In this document: piece by piece, positions 1-14,004 of the stretch
Numbering within the stretch: position 1 is the stretch's first letter
How the letters are laid out: each line of letters begins with the position of its first letter
NCBI GenBank assembly: GCA_965235115.1
Contig: OZ249436.1
Coordinates: 50,408,001-50,472,000 of the forward strand
Origin: Laetmonice hystrix
Taxonomy: Eukaryota
DNA: 64,000 nucleotides
Direction: 5' to 3'
Translations under genes and position numbers: made by a program
The notes under the pieces: model-generated
What the model saw: the letters and a program-made list of their open reading frames with translations, nothing else
What the model was told of the DNA's origin: nothing
Database searches by the model: none

Positions 1-1173
1 GGTCTGGACCTGTCTTCGAACCGCTGTGAGGAGTTCTCAAAGTACCATGGTCAACTCCCTGCCCGGGCTCGCTACCTCTCGCGTGCTGGGCTAGCACCAC
101 AGCACAAAGAATGACACATAAAGAACATGTCCACTCACCGCGATGTGCTGTGTGAAAGTCTTTAAAAATGACCATATGGTCAATTAAAAGACAGGAAGTG
201 GCGGCTTTTTGGGTGCACTAACGGCATCATGGTACCGGTGAGAAAAATAGTAGGGCACTACCTGAAACTGTAATGTACCGTGAAAAATACATCTAGATAT
301 TTCTCAGCGTTGTGCTGGGGAAGCAATGCAGGTCAGAAGGTTCTCCGTCACTTCCTTGCCTGGTTTCTTATTGATATAGGTAAAATGGGATATATTACTT
401 AGGATATGAGGCAAAGATGATGATAGAGTTATATAGGCCTACATTAAAAGTAGAATTAATGGTCGTGATTCGGGGATGCACTGTAAAACTGTAAAAATGT
501 ACCAAATGAAATAAAGCAATAAAATAAATCAAGATGATTTATATTAAGAAATAAATGTCGCAGAGAAAAAAGATGGTGTTTTCAGTTAGGTAATGCATGG
601 AGCGAGCTGGATCAGTCCAGCTCCCAACCCACCACCAATAGAAGTCTGCATGAGTCACGTCAGACTTAGTGCAGTGGTCCTGTTTCGACAAAAGGTCTCT
701 CAGACTATTGCAAACATATGCATACCATTTTACATCATTGCCCCATTAAGGCGCTGTATAGTCTCATCCAGGCGCGTAACACCAGTGCCTTAGGCCTTAT
801 ATTAGGACTAATCAGTGTAACATTACGTAGCAAGTCACCATTTTGATTACAGTCAAGCGAAGATTCCCTGAGTGATTTAGACTGTGTGGTGCACGGACTA
901 TTGTAGGGCCCTTGTTTACGTAACTGATCCCCATCTGGGGTGAGTTATGGGCTGTGTCCCACCCGGTGGGCGGAGAATGATCGTGCGGAAAGGGAGATGG
1001 CAGAGAATCACAAAGGTTCGCAGTGAATGCATACCAAAATACTGAGGAAAGTGCCACGTGTGTCCCACCCACCTTACCAATACATTATCCGACTTCTCCA
1101 ACTATTCAGTCCTCGTTTTCTTTGTCGTTTTCTTGACGGAGAGAGGGAGGGGGAAGAGAGAGAAGAGAGGATG

Positions 1174-1176
<3 letters not shown>

Positions 1177-1245
<69 letters not shown>

Positions 1246-1249
1246 AGAG
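1177..1249. repeat. (GA)n microsatellite
   Basis: Pure GA run from 1177 to about 1235 with a degenerate GGA/GA tail. It explains the ER/SL-repeat ORFs. Confidence 0.97.
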
Positions 1250-4200
1250 GAGACGATAAAATATGCATGTAAAATGCATGGTTGATTTTTTAAAGCGCGA
1301 TCCAATCTCTTTCAATATAGACATAGACTGTATAGACTAATCTATAGACTGTATTAATTAGGCTAGGGACCATCTTTCGGTTGCATGCATATGGTGCAAA
1401 CCTTCCAAAAACCGAACGGTAGACCCCCCTATGTGATTTTGAATTCCGTCTGAATAGATAACGTAAACAAAGAGTGATCCTAACCAGCCTGAGGGTTCGA
1501 CGATTTTCACCCAGGGCAGTTGGATTTCTTGAATCTCCATGGGGGATGAAACGGGAGGGGGGGGGGGGTTGTTCTTAACATCAATATATATAATCATTCG
1601 GCAAGAAAAGAACAGCTATAGCGATTGCTAACCTGCATGTATTTTAGATGTATTCTTAAAAGCCCCACGGTTATATAGATCCTCTTCTATTAACATCCCA
1701 ACTTCAACCTTTCTATATTCTTCTTTTTTTAATGTCAGTGTTTCTTAGAACCCCAGATTAGTTCCCTGTGGAGAGTAACTTTAAATTTAGACTCTTAAAT
1801 ATGCCTCTTTCCAAATTATGGTAGTTATACGCTCGCCTCTTCGCCGACCGCTTGTAATTTAAACCTGGCGTGAGACGAAAAAAGTTCAAGGTATAAATTA
1901 CCACTCAGAGTAACATGTAATTGATGAAGTCTGGCTCGTCTGCCCAGATCATAGATATCTTAGATATCTTAGATATCTTCAATAATAGCTATTCGGTGTC
2001 ATACCTGTTAGACATCATCAGTGTCCGCCCCTGGCTCAAGGTGTCTGGGTGGGCTGGCTTGTTGTTGTTTCGCCTGAGGCATCAATCGACTATCAACACC
2101 ATCACCTTTCACGCCCTTGCCCTGAAGTTGAGATCTACGGAAAAACTTAGTGCCAAAAATGTCTACGTGAGCCCCTTGGAAATTGTTCGTGTGTGTACCT
2201 GTTTCGTCTTGCCCATTAGAGTGGACACAGGTGCCGTCAAGTGGCCGTTCGGGGGCCCATAATTAAGTACTCGCCGTGTGACGGTATCGTGAATTGGAGG
2301 TCCCTCCGGAATCGGCCAATTATAATGTTCCTGCCCAGGTAATGAAAGGTCTTTGTAAGTTCCTATTCTCGCCGAGGGGTCATGGTCTGCGACTCGACCC
2401 AGGGGCTCGCCGCAAAAGTTGCACTGGACTCTACAGAAAATGGACTCTAATTTAACGGACAACGTCAAATGTGAAATTGTAATGAGCGGACAGATATCGC
2501 TGAATGATCGGGTACGTTGAATGGTTTTCACCAGACACGACCTTTGAGAAGGGCAATGGAGTCCTGGTGTATACGGGCGATAGGGTTTGAAACAGTCAGT
2601 TAATTGTATCGGACCAATGGTGAGTTCTAGTAGAACTTACTGTTATATGCCCTGCTCAACTACAAGGTTTTTTTTATATAGGTCTGTCTATTAGGGCTAT
2701 ATATAGGTCTGTCTATTAGGGCTATATATGTAGGCCTATAACAAGTTACGATGAGTTCTCAAGTATATCTTGCGTATGCAAACATAAAGAAAAGAACTTC
2801 AGCCAAAATGCACAACAATTGCTTACAAGTTCCAATGTGATGGGCGTCGGATGACGTGGGCCATACAATATGTGAATGGACAGACCTAACAGGGCCAGGT
2901 CCGGGAATTTGGAAAGGGTGCGGGGGTCCATGGGGGAAATCTGGCAAGGGGGGGGGGGCAACACAGAACACGGAAAGTTCTATGGAAAAAGAGAAAGATT
3001 GACGCCAAGTGTGGCTTGATCCGCTACCCCCGAATATAATTTCTATAGATATAGACCTATCTCTTTCATAACTGTCTTTGACTATACGGTGGCTCATGTA
3101 CTGGGGGTGGAGGCTGCGTACGAACCCTTTGTGCAGACCCCTTTAACACGGACGTAAAGTGGAGCGGGGTCCCATGCGTGTACCCACAACCGTTGATTAT
3201 TATGCTACAGACAAAGTGGAGAGTCCAGAGACACGTTAACCCCCACCCAAGTGTCATTATTCACACTCATCATTGGTTGTCGTCCGATAAAATCTTTATT
3301 CAGAATATATTGCTCTATAACGACACAACAAGTGAAAACAGATTGTCAATCGTACTCTAGCACCATGGTCGTAATGTTCAGCTATAGTCTACCGTGACGA
3401 TTACAATCTGCAGCCAGTCAGACCAGATACTCGTTCGATGTATAGGCCTACGATTAAAGCTGCACAGTTAGCTCGACATTTAAAATAAAAAGCTCTAATA
3501 ATTAAAGGAAAATAATGTTGGAACGTTGAAAGTCTGAGACTTTTCTTCTTTTTTTTTGGGGGGGGGGGGTCTATTATTAGTAGGCCTATAGACCCCCTAT
3601 ATGCTCCCTTCTAATAAGAGTCTACTAAGTCAGAACTGCGCTATAGTTAGAGTACTATAATTTATCTCTATTACGTTGTAACATACTGACTATGTCTAAT
3701 GTTGGCAAAGATAGCGCCTGGTCTGACATCTATGACCACTGGTCTGACCACAATCTAAAGGAAAATACGTCTCCGATAGGCCGCTCACCAGCAATTGACA
3801 AATGTTGGCACATCCTCGGTATAAGTGCTGTGCTTATATTGCCCGTGCATGACTAGTTCAACTTCAAAAGTAAGTAAAGGCCAACTCTTCTTGTTTATAA
3901 GAGACGACCTTATCATTATGTATCCATTTCCGTGACATATCTAGTTTTTATTTCTCTGACACACAGCGATAAGGAACATTGACAGGAAATGAACTGCGCC
4001 AAGACAGAAGGTTGGTAATCTTGTGTTATTATACAATTTGGACCGATCCCGTCTTAATTGGGGTCAATGACATGCATGCTGTTTCTGTCACTAGCACACA
4101 TGTTATTACACAAACCGGATGTCGTCCAAATAGTGTCCTATATTATGTTGTCATGTCGACCTACGTCCTTCAATATAATATTGTATGTACGGGTACGTAA

Positions 4201-6422
4201 TGAAAATATGCTCGTATAGTGTAGGCTACATATACCACAGGCCTGCATGTATATAGATGATAATACTTTATAAATCTGTGCAATCGTATTAATGTATGCA
4301 TGTTTATTATTATAATCCGTTCAATATTTATATAGGGATTAGTGTATATCCAAACATCTTGGTCTATATAGGCCTACGTTGCCTAACTTCCTTCATATAC
4401 AACCTCATCTCAATATAGGCTATACATGTTGTGTCTATACACCTCATCTCAATATAGGCTAGCCTACATGTAGTGCCTATACACCTATCTTATGCCCCGA
4501 CCTATCCTATGCAAGTCCTAAGCTTAATTGAGGAGTAGACTCCCTTTATATTGAACTCGTAAGTAATCCTCCCAATAGGCCTATATCTACATGTACTTTT
4601 AATGTTTCCCCATGGGATGAGGGGATAAGTGTTATCATGCATACTTCCTGCATCCAAACTTGTCTAAACCTGTCTGGAACTTGTTCGTTTGTCGCACTCT
4701 AATTATTGCAAATACCATCCGATGCCAACGACTCGAGGCTTAATCTTGGATATAGGCCGACTCTCGGCAAATAAATGGCAAATCTGCTTCACTTTCCCTG
4801 CACTGAACACTTATAAATAGACATGTCGCGCTCTGTATAACCTGTAACAACATAAGATCTAACAAGCCGCTGTACATCACAGGTGAGAGATTAATGAGTG
4901 TGTGGATACATACTCAGACAGTCTGACCAGGTGTGGACGCTATCACAAAGAACGACTCAAAGCAGCCTAATTAAAGAACACGTAGGAAGAACAATACGTA
5001 TGTAACTGTGTGGATTTATAGCTGTCAACTCTTCTGTGACGCTAATGTCCACATCATGTTGAGACAGTATTTGAGCTTGCCAGGATGTATTCCTCGGGTC
5101 ACATATTAAAATCATGTTGTTTCCTTCAGAGATACAAAATATTTCCTAGTAGAAAGATCTGCGTATAACTTTTACTTCCACCTATATATCAGGAAAACTA
5201 AGGGTATGCCTATAGAAAGACCAGCGGAGAGACGTTGGTAATCACAGTTTAATGGTCTTTCTCACACAGCTGTTACATACAACACAAACTGTAAATTCCC
5301 AGGTGACATGTCGCCTACTTGACCGTTAATACACAAAGGTAGTTAGTGCACACACTGCGTGTCTGTGTAGGCCTATACCCGCCTCGATATACTGGGAATA
5401 GCGGGGCCTAATGAAGTGTTCTTCATTGCAGGTATATCTATTTCTGAGGGTTCTTGGTTTTCGGGTGGAGACCGCTCGCTGTACCCCCGGGACCAGTGCG
5501 TGAGAAACAAGGCGTTCGTTATTGTTTCTCTAGACTATTGTGAGACATAGGTGTATTGTTCGTGGAGTCCTTATTGTCACATTCTCTGGGCGTTTATGAG
5601 GTGTGGTGGATTGGAATGGAGGAGTTGGGGGGGGGGGGAGTCTGTCATGCAAGCTCAATAATAGTCCGCTGGGAGGGGAGCGGAAACCCAAACCCACCCT
5701 CCTACCCCACCCCCTACCCCACCCTCCTACCCTACCCCATACCTACAAACTTCCTCACCCTTCCATGCAGTATCGTCAATTAATTCAAGCTATACCTAAA
5801 GCTTGTGTTCCCGATCAAAAACTTCTCAGCAGTATAGAGTCTATGACTGGCACAATCTAGTCACAATTTATAGACACCGTGTCTGCTGCCAAGGTCGGCT
5901 CTCATACAGAGATACATGTGTATATAGTTAAACCTTGGACCATGAGCCCACTGTAAATGGTATATATAGTAAAATATATATCAGTGAAGTGCACTCATGT
6001 GTTATGTTGAATCGTTGGCTTATCGCAGGAACAGGAAAGGTTCAGTAATGTAAATTGCCTTGACAGATTAAAAGTAACGTTTTCGCTTACACATTAACTT
6101 GGGAAGGTTTTATATGCGAAGTGCCAGTATAACATTCCATAAACCTTCATGTTGGTGTTTAAACTTCATTCAGGAATGCTGCTGGTCATAGACTGGTATA
6201 TCAATAGCATAGATACCCTCCTCAAATCTCCTTCCGGTTTAATGGTGCTTGGACCAATATACATCCAAATAAACAACACTACCAATGAACGCTGCCACAC
6301 GTGTCAATCACATGCTGTTCAGTAGTATATGTTAAGAAAGGTTTGGTCGATTCATGTGTTATTTGCTGAGTAGTAAGAGATTTTTCCATTGTAAAATAAA
6401 CTTACTTACTAAACTTGTATAT

Positions 6423-8480
6423 GGGTCATATCGCCACAGAATGCACAAATGGGTGAAATCCTTACCCTCACTCGTTATACAGCTCATAGGTCTGTTATTT
6501 TTACTGAGATCTTTTGCCCAAATGCATAACATAGAAGAGAACAGATACACCTTTAAGAAAATGTATACTTTGCTTTATCTCATTTGCATTTTGCCCAAGC
6601 TGTAGATTTTTGAAATTAAAAAATTATTTAAATTTAAATTTATGTCATGAAATATATGTCAATAATCACTTTGGATTGCAGCATAAAGAATGCCTGATAT
6701 AAATCTTTCTTGATGTCATGGTATGTAATAAGTTAATCAATGTAAATAAAAAATACTGACGCATCTATTCTGATTCGTTCATTATAGAAATGCATTAAAC
6801 AGTTTTTCATTAAATTATTGTGACGTGCATAATAAAATAATGGTTTGATTATACCAGACAAATATAACACAGCAAAAAGGCTATTGATGAGGGGAATATG
6901 CAGTGCATATTTAGATGGCTCACGTCCCACAAAAATTTTCCGAAAATTCCTAAAACCCGTTTAGTTGTGATTCCGCAAAGTTTCGCTTAGTGTGTTTATA
7001 CTGGGAGCAGCTTATGCACGTCATGACCAGTGGTTCCTTCATATTTCTCCATGCTGTCAATATTCAATAGCTTTTGAGAATTTTGGAACATGGTATGCCT
7101 GATCCTATTCCTATGCTATGATCCTGTGGTGAAAGATCCGAAAATATCACTGATCAGTCGTGTTGGGGGTCAAATCGTGGGAAATCATGATATGCATAAG
7201 GGGCATGACGTGCATAAGGTTAAAAATAGTGTTTTGCCCTTTTCAACGCGAGGACGTAGCCACACAGTGCTGCCATCTGCAGGAACTTTTGTGAGCATCT
7301 TGACGGCAAGATCAATGAAGTTCTTGTCCTTTTTTTCACCAGCTGTACTCACATCGGGCTTAAACTGTAAATCCTACCCAAGCCAAATTGTGAAGTAGTG
7401 TACTTCAAACCCCTGTGATGTAATTGTAGCATTCAACTAATCGTATTTAGTGTGTTCTGATTAAGAATAGGGAATTCCTCACTATTTCAGCATAAAACAT
7501 GGGCGATAAACGGTTGGGTTCCAGTGCAAAATCTGCTGTGTATTTTTGACCTGGGGTATGGACTGTGATGGTGTGATGTGCATAAGGACAATTTCTTGCA
7601 TCAGGAAGACAGGCCTCTATAGTTATTGTATTGATGCAGACAGGTTTTTTCTTTGTTTCCATTCTCTAGAGGTGTTGTGGTTTAATGTAAACAACGATTG
7701 CTGTATGTCTGTGCATATATGTTGATGGGTTTGGCCAACTTTCTGATTATGCACGTCACGCACCATGGTAAATGGTGGGAAAACAGCTCCCAACCATGTA
7801 ATTTCAGTGCCCTAAACATGTATGTTTCATTTTAATGGCTGCCCCTTACCTTCTAATGTTGTATTAGGCCCTATACCTAAACATAATGAGCGTGAATCAT
7901 GTACCTGTGAGCAAAAACAATATCAAGCCATGACGTTCGTAAGAATCTTATGCACATCACACATTTTATTTACAAGCTCCACTGAGCCTAACATTTTTAT
8001 TGTACTCTTAGAACATAGATATATTTTGGGTAGCCTTATGTCTGACCTGTAAAACAAACCATGTAATCATCCCTAACTGTATGTTTCAAGTGTGTCATAT
8101 TCGATTTCGATCCTTATGCACGTCACGCAGCTGCAGACAAAACATGTTAAAATTAAAAATATAGTATTGAGCTGCCTAAAATTCTGTATTTATATACGCC
8201 ATATATAAATTTATCCCATCGGAGGAAAATTTTTGCACAAATTACAAAAAAAATTCTGGCCGATTTTTCCCAGCCTATTTTTGTTTGTTTTTTGGGGCTG
8301 TTTACATGATGTATAAAAACCACACCGCTAGGATTTTGTTAGTATAATTAATATATCCTGATAGCGTAGATCATAGGCTTTCAAACCATACCAGACAATA
8401 AGGAATTGGGCCAATTTGAAAATTTGGTCTTTTTGAGGGGTCCTAGGAGGCCATTTGTGCATTCTGTGGCGATATGACCC
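6423..8480. mobile_element. Non-autonomous TIR DNA transposon, 2058 bp, with perfect 30-bp TIRs and ATAT on both flanks (Sola2- or ISL2EU-like ends; superfamily uncertain)
   Basis: GGGTCATATCGCCACAGAATGCACAAATGG at 6423-6452 has its exact reverse complement at 8451-8480. ATAT lies at 6419-6422 and 8481-8484. The interior is AT-rich and has no transposase ORF. Confidence 0.92.
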
Positions 8481-11400
8481 ATATGGTTTGCATAGTGGTA
8501 ATGCAAAAGTTTCTGGGGAGGGGAGTAATGTTAAGAAAGGTTTGGTCGTTGAAACCAACTTATCTTGTACATCTTTCTCAGTTTATGTAGGGCCATCTGG
8601 CAAGTCTTGTAATGAATGGCGGTCAGTTGGTTCCCTTAATGAAGTATTGGTTACATTTTATGTTCTCCCAGTTAATTAGGAGCAGAAAACCGTTAGAAAG
8701 ACGGGACGGTTAGTGCTCGAATATTGTAGAGAAAGTTCAGTCTGCGAGTGCATTTAATAAACCCGCGTCTAGATCGGGACACGTGAAAAAAAAATATTGG
8801 GTCGTAACCGAATAGGCTAATACGAGCAGCCATTATGGTTAGCAACAGCTTGGAAAGAAAATAAATGTTATGATATACTATCACATTGCACGCGCGGCTA
8901 CCATCTGTTAACCTTTCTCCGTGCTCCACAGTAATCTATTCCTCCTTATACTCCATGCAGTCAATGGTAAATGAGACCAATACATTACTGTTAGGTCTCT
9001 CCACGTAATCCATGTTCTCCACGTAATCTATGCAGGGCAATGACACGCCGAATGAAAGCTAGCGTATGTCAATATCTATGGTGAAATCAATGAATGAGGT
9101 GTGCACGTTGATTACTATTGCCACGCTGTAACTATAGCCACTTTGTGACTCGTGCTATGTTTAAATTAGTGATTATGAAGAAGAGTCCATACAGTTGCAT
9201 GGCTGCCTATATATACTCTCGACCTGGCCAATGAGTTATGCAAAGTGTACCTGGTACATGGTGTACTATGTCGTGATAACCGGCCGACTCGAGACTTTTA
9301 TTTACAAACATGGATATCCAAAATATTTGACCTAAGTGGATACATACAGACCTATAGTTTTTCCTCCTGTTTGAATATATGCATTGGTGAAAAAGATGCA
9401 CAGTATAGGCCCATTCGTCATTTTGTTTATGATAGACTTGAGTCACCACAAGGGTCCACCCCCCCCCACCCTGTACCCCGCCAATCACCCCTGACAACCG
9501 TGCCTATGTCACCCAGCATGCTCCCAAACTCAGCGAGACATATACACACATTAACTCTCAGTAAAAAGGCGCAAGCTCGAGACGCGCTTATTAGGTTCCT
9601 CTTTTAGATTAACGTTATGCCTCGGGGGCACCTGCAATCAGGCCAGGGAGGCCATGCATCACCTGCAATCAGGCCAGGGAGGTCATGTATCACCTGTAGT
9701 CAGGGTCCTTCTGTTGTCATCGTCATGTGGACTCAGCAGGACCACGACCGACCGGACAGTCCCCATGCGGCCCCCGGCGCTTCATTAAAGGCACCGTTTG
9801 GCTCCCTGCAGAGACGCATTTATTCTTTCTAGTTTCTCTCCGGCAAATCTCCAACTTCATCATCGTTTAAAGACTCCGGACCCCCGCCAGCCTTCCACCA
9901 CCTCCAACTCTACCCCACCCCTTGTCGGTAACCCACACATTGAACCAGTAATACAACCCCCCGCCTCCATTCTCTCACCATTTACAACGAACCTCCCCGA
10001 AGTTTCTCTCAGCCAGCACGTATCCCTCCACACTCCGGGAGGCTCACCCCACACCTTCGTCATACGTGCTGATCCACATTCAGCAGACGCCAATATAATC
10101 TCACCCTTCAACACCCACAGAATACATTTACACTGTCATACCTTTACACACACGAGTCTATATTAAAAACACAGTTACTTAAAGTCTTTATGCACTCAGC
10201 TTCCCATGGACCGGGAGACGACGCCAGGCTGAAAGGATTTTATTACGTTTTAGCAGAAGAAGAGAACACCTATTACAAAGGCCGCCCTGTTGTATCTTTT
10301 ACCTGCCAGACAAGATTCTTTGTAATGTGTACTGTTTTTTTTATTGCAGTGTTTTTCGTCACCTGTTACTCAGGATATCAAACAGACTTGTTATTTTTAA
10401 GGCTCGCACGTTCTATTCCTTCCTATAGCAACTGACGAATGGATCAGGCCACGTCAGGTACGTATATATTTTCCCGGCATTTATCCATTTTATTGTCATG
10501 GCTTTAAAATCAAAAATGTAAAAGAAACAGTAAGCGCAATAAAAGCGTACACATTAGGCCTATATGTACGTTTCACTCATGAGGCATGAAGTCAAATGAT
10601 TTGAGATTTGAGAGTTAACAACCTAGTTCCATTACCATTTGATGTTTAACTCACGTCCATACTATTCACACTCCTTTACCCAATGACAACATTGACATCC
10701 GTATGGTAATCCATCTTTAGACCACAAATAATGCCTCTCTATAACTAGAGCACCGCCACATGCAGTCCTGTATATGTATTGGGTATTTACCCATTACTTC
10801 TCTATAACTATAGAGCACCGCCACAGTCCTGTATATATACGTATTGGGTATTTACCAATTACAACCCTTCGAGTTAAGCAGTCCTTGACCCTGACTGAGT
10901 GGACCCCACGTTCTCAGACATGTACCCACTTGACATCTTATTCTGATGAGATATCGTCAGTTGTATGTGTCATGATCAGTTACTCCTATATCACCGAATG
11001 ATGATGTACCCTGACTGTCCATATACTCTCTACCATTGATTCTCCTATATTATCCTCAGTTATCGTCTGTATGGTCTCAACCACTATTCCAGCAGTCCGC
11101 CCATATTGTGCACGGAGCCTGTGTAAATATACCTCAATTTCACATAGACCCATTTCATTCTCCATATCAGGCCTATTCAAATATTCAAATACATACACCT
11201 GATACCGACATAAGTGTGTCTATGCACTCACAATCAATCCCTCACCTGGTTTATCAAATACTTCAGAACAGAGCCAGAACATTTAAGAGACAGACTCCGT
11301 AGTATAGTCACGCCAAAGGAAACATGGTGTAAATAACTTTCTGATGTAATCAAGAAAAAATCACACGTGTTTCCCATGCAGACACCAATGTTTATTACGA

Positions 11401-12119
11401 ATCCGTAACTCCTGATGGCGAGGAAACAGTAAAAAAAACAGAGTGTCGGTCTGGAGACACTATAATGTACAGAGAGACTGTGGCGGCGCGAATGTATTCA
11501 CTTGTCGCTGTTATTTGAGGTTGGATTAAGTTTCAACCACAGCGTTGTGGCGATGGCACCGCCCTGACACTGAAAGTAGGCGTATACACGGGGAAACCTT
11601 TCAAACACACTCATATGTTTCTGCTCACTTTGTTCTATACTCAAGCAAGGGAAATGACTACTTCTCTTAGTTCTATACGTTCGGAGAATTCAGTTGATCT
11701 AGCTATCAGCGTTGGTTTTCTATCCGGGCTTAATTTGCATACAAGCTGTATGTCATTGAGTCTACATGTAGACAGTTGGCGATGCTATCTCAGCTGTGGA
11801 ATTGTCTGGAACAATGACGTGTTTATGTAGTAATATTTGCTGGTTGTATAATATGTCACCCTGGCAATTAAAGTCATCTCGAAGTTCTCGATACGTAATC
11901 AGAAAAAAAAAACAATCAAAAAACAGAAACACTTTCTAGGGTCAATATTGAACATTGGGGACAAGTGTGCGCGAGTGGGCTTAACATTCACAGATCAAAC
12001 CACACGAATACAGAGTGTGGCCTACGACAGTCACCTACAATAGTGAGGCGACCCATTGAGGGGTCGTTGTGAATGGAGTGTCAACCCATTCACCCTCCTT
12101 CAATGTCGATACGATAGGA

Positions 12120-12215
12120 CAGCGTGACGCGCGGAGAGGACCGACGGCAACCAATCACAGGTTCCGTTACAGCAGTGACTGCTGAGCGTGCGGGCACGGA
12201 GCATGCGCCGACAGT
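12120..12215 (+). promoter_or_regulatory. Candidate promoter of the NHL gene
   Basis: CpG-rich patch with a CRE-like GTGACGC (about 12124), CCAATCA (12151) and NRF1-like GCATGCGC (about 12201), about 1.8 kb upstream of the NHL exon. Inferred from motifs only. Confidence 0.35.
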
Positions 12216-14004
12216 GAGCCGGTCAGGTGTGTGGGCCTACTTGTAGTGGGTGTGTAAGGTATTCCAGACATTCATCCTGGCTCGGTCCACCTTTAAACCC
12301 GGACTGTCAGTGTGAGCCGAGCGCTCAATGGTATCTGTCCACGGACAACCTAGACATCTACACAGAGAATTATTAACGGATTCTGGAATGCGGGGAGCGT
12401 GATTTGTGATAAACTCTACGTACGTGATAGACCGACACGAACTGTGACTTTAACGGAGGATTGTATTCGCCTGATACTATCAGCGTCGACAGGCATTGTC
12501 TCAGTGCACTCATCCTACACTAAGTTCACACGGTTAGGACAATCTATAAGACCACAAATCGCTTGGGGTCAGTCCACCCACCAACCCCTAAATGTGATAT
12601 TTATTCACCAATTTATTGTTCGCATGGATTTAAATTGCCACAGCAATTTCCTTTGGACTAGGTAATTAATGGGACTTGGAAATTGGAGCCACGCTTTCGA
12701 CATAGCTGGATACGCACGGCCGATTCGAACGCTGCGAGCTGAGGAACAGGTATATATTGTAGATCAGATGTCGGGACTGTCAGATAAACCAAACGTTTTC
12801 TCCATAGCCTGTCATCTCCACGAACAAGTGCGGTTACAGCAAATACAGGAGGGCGTCGAGTGGATGGGGGCCTCGGCTGCGCTCGAGTATATCCATACAC
12901 GCGATCAGCACCCACGGGAGTGAGTGGAATATATAAAAGCCCACTCGGCAGAACATATGCTGTGGGTGTCGGTCGACCATCAGCGTTCGCCTAGCCACAT
13001 CTGGTTTGGACTGTGTTTACTTGAGTTTGTCCGGGAGGTTGCAGCGCCACCTGGAGTACACGTGAGTTCGGCGTCTTTCTGTTGGCGCGTTCCCCGGGAG
13101 CAGACGACCGACAAACTGGGCTCCGCACACAACCAACCCACTGAATGGGGAGACGACTGACTCTATAGATCTAGGCCTTTAATATACATATAGACCTACA
13201 TACATACGGCAACGCGGCACCAAAAGGGAGAGAACGGCACATTCTTGGCGGTGCATCAATTTGTTAACTTTTTCCTCGTGATGATATATTGGACAGGTGA
13301 CGCTATAACTACACCACATCGGCCTCAATCTAGGTCGGCCCAGGACAACCAATTGGCATTAACCCATCAAACGCCAGCATTTAATACGATATGACCATCC
13401 GGTCCGACTACCACAAGATCGTCAGTGAATGTGGGTCTGACTTTCTTATGTTCTATGATGTAGGCCTGAGCACGCTATCACGACACGCGACAGGATCCTC
13501 GGCCTTTCACGACATATAATCCAGGCTCATAAATATATGTGTATGTATTCGTGCCAGTCGGTCGCTACATACTGATATCAGTTTAAGTTATCACTGCAAC
13601 TTGCTAGGAGGCAGTCGTTAGCAGACGTCCTAACTGTACATGATCATCTTCAGAGCTCGGACAAGTACCGGATGTTGGAATCATGACTGTAGATTGACAA
13701 ACAAGATACGGCTGTGTGATAGTGCTTATATCGCCAATCGACACATTAGTTGTTTGAGACAAACCTTGCAGGTCTAGCTGCTCTGTAGTTTGAGATAACT
13801 TATCTTCGATCAAGTGGTGACCGGGCTGTCAAGTGAACGTTTAATCGCTTCAGTGGGATCCAATCTGTAATGTTGCCCTACCGAGTGGCGACGTCACTGT
13901 GCTTTACTATTTATGGCACTCATTCAGTGATCTAACCAATCGGAAGAGGGGATCAACTTTCTCAGCTGATCTGTTGGCTCATTTCAAACGTGGACAAACA
14001 AATC

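Noticed and set aside
1..114. Frame +1 reads GLDLSSNRC, resembling a leucine-rich-repeat motif
   Set aside because: It is a single short match truncated by the window edge, with no second repeat.
12399..13813. Short ORFs upstream of the NHL exon as possible RING or B-box exons
   Set aside because: There is no Cys/His zinc-finger spacing or recognisable domain.
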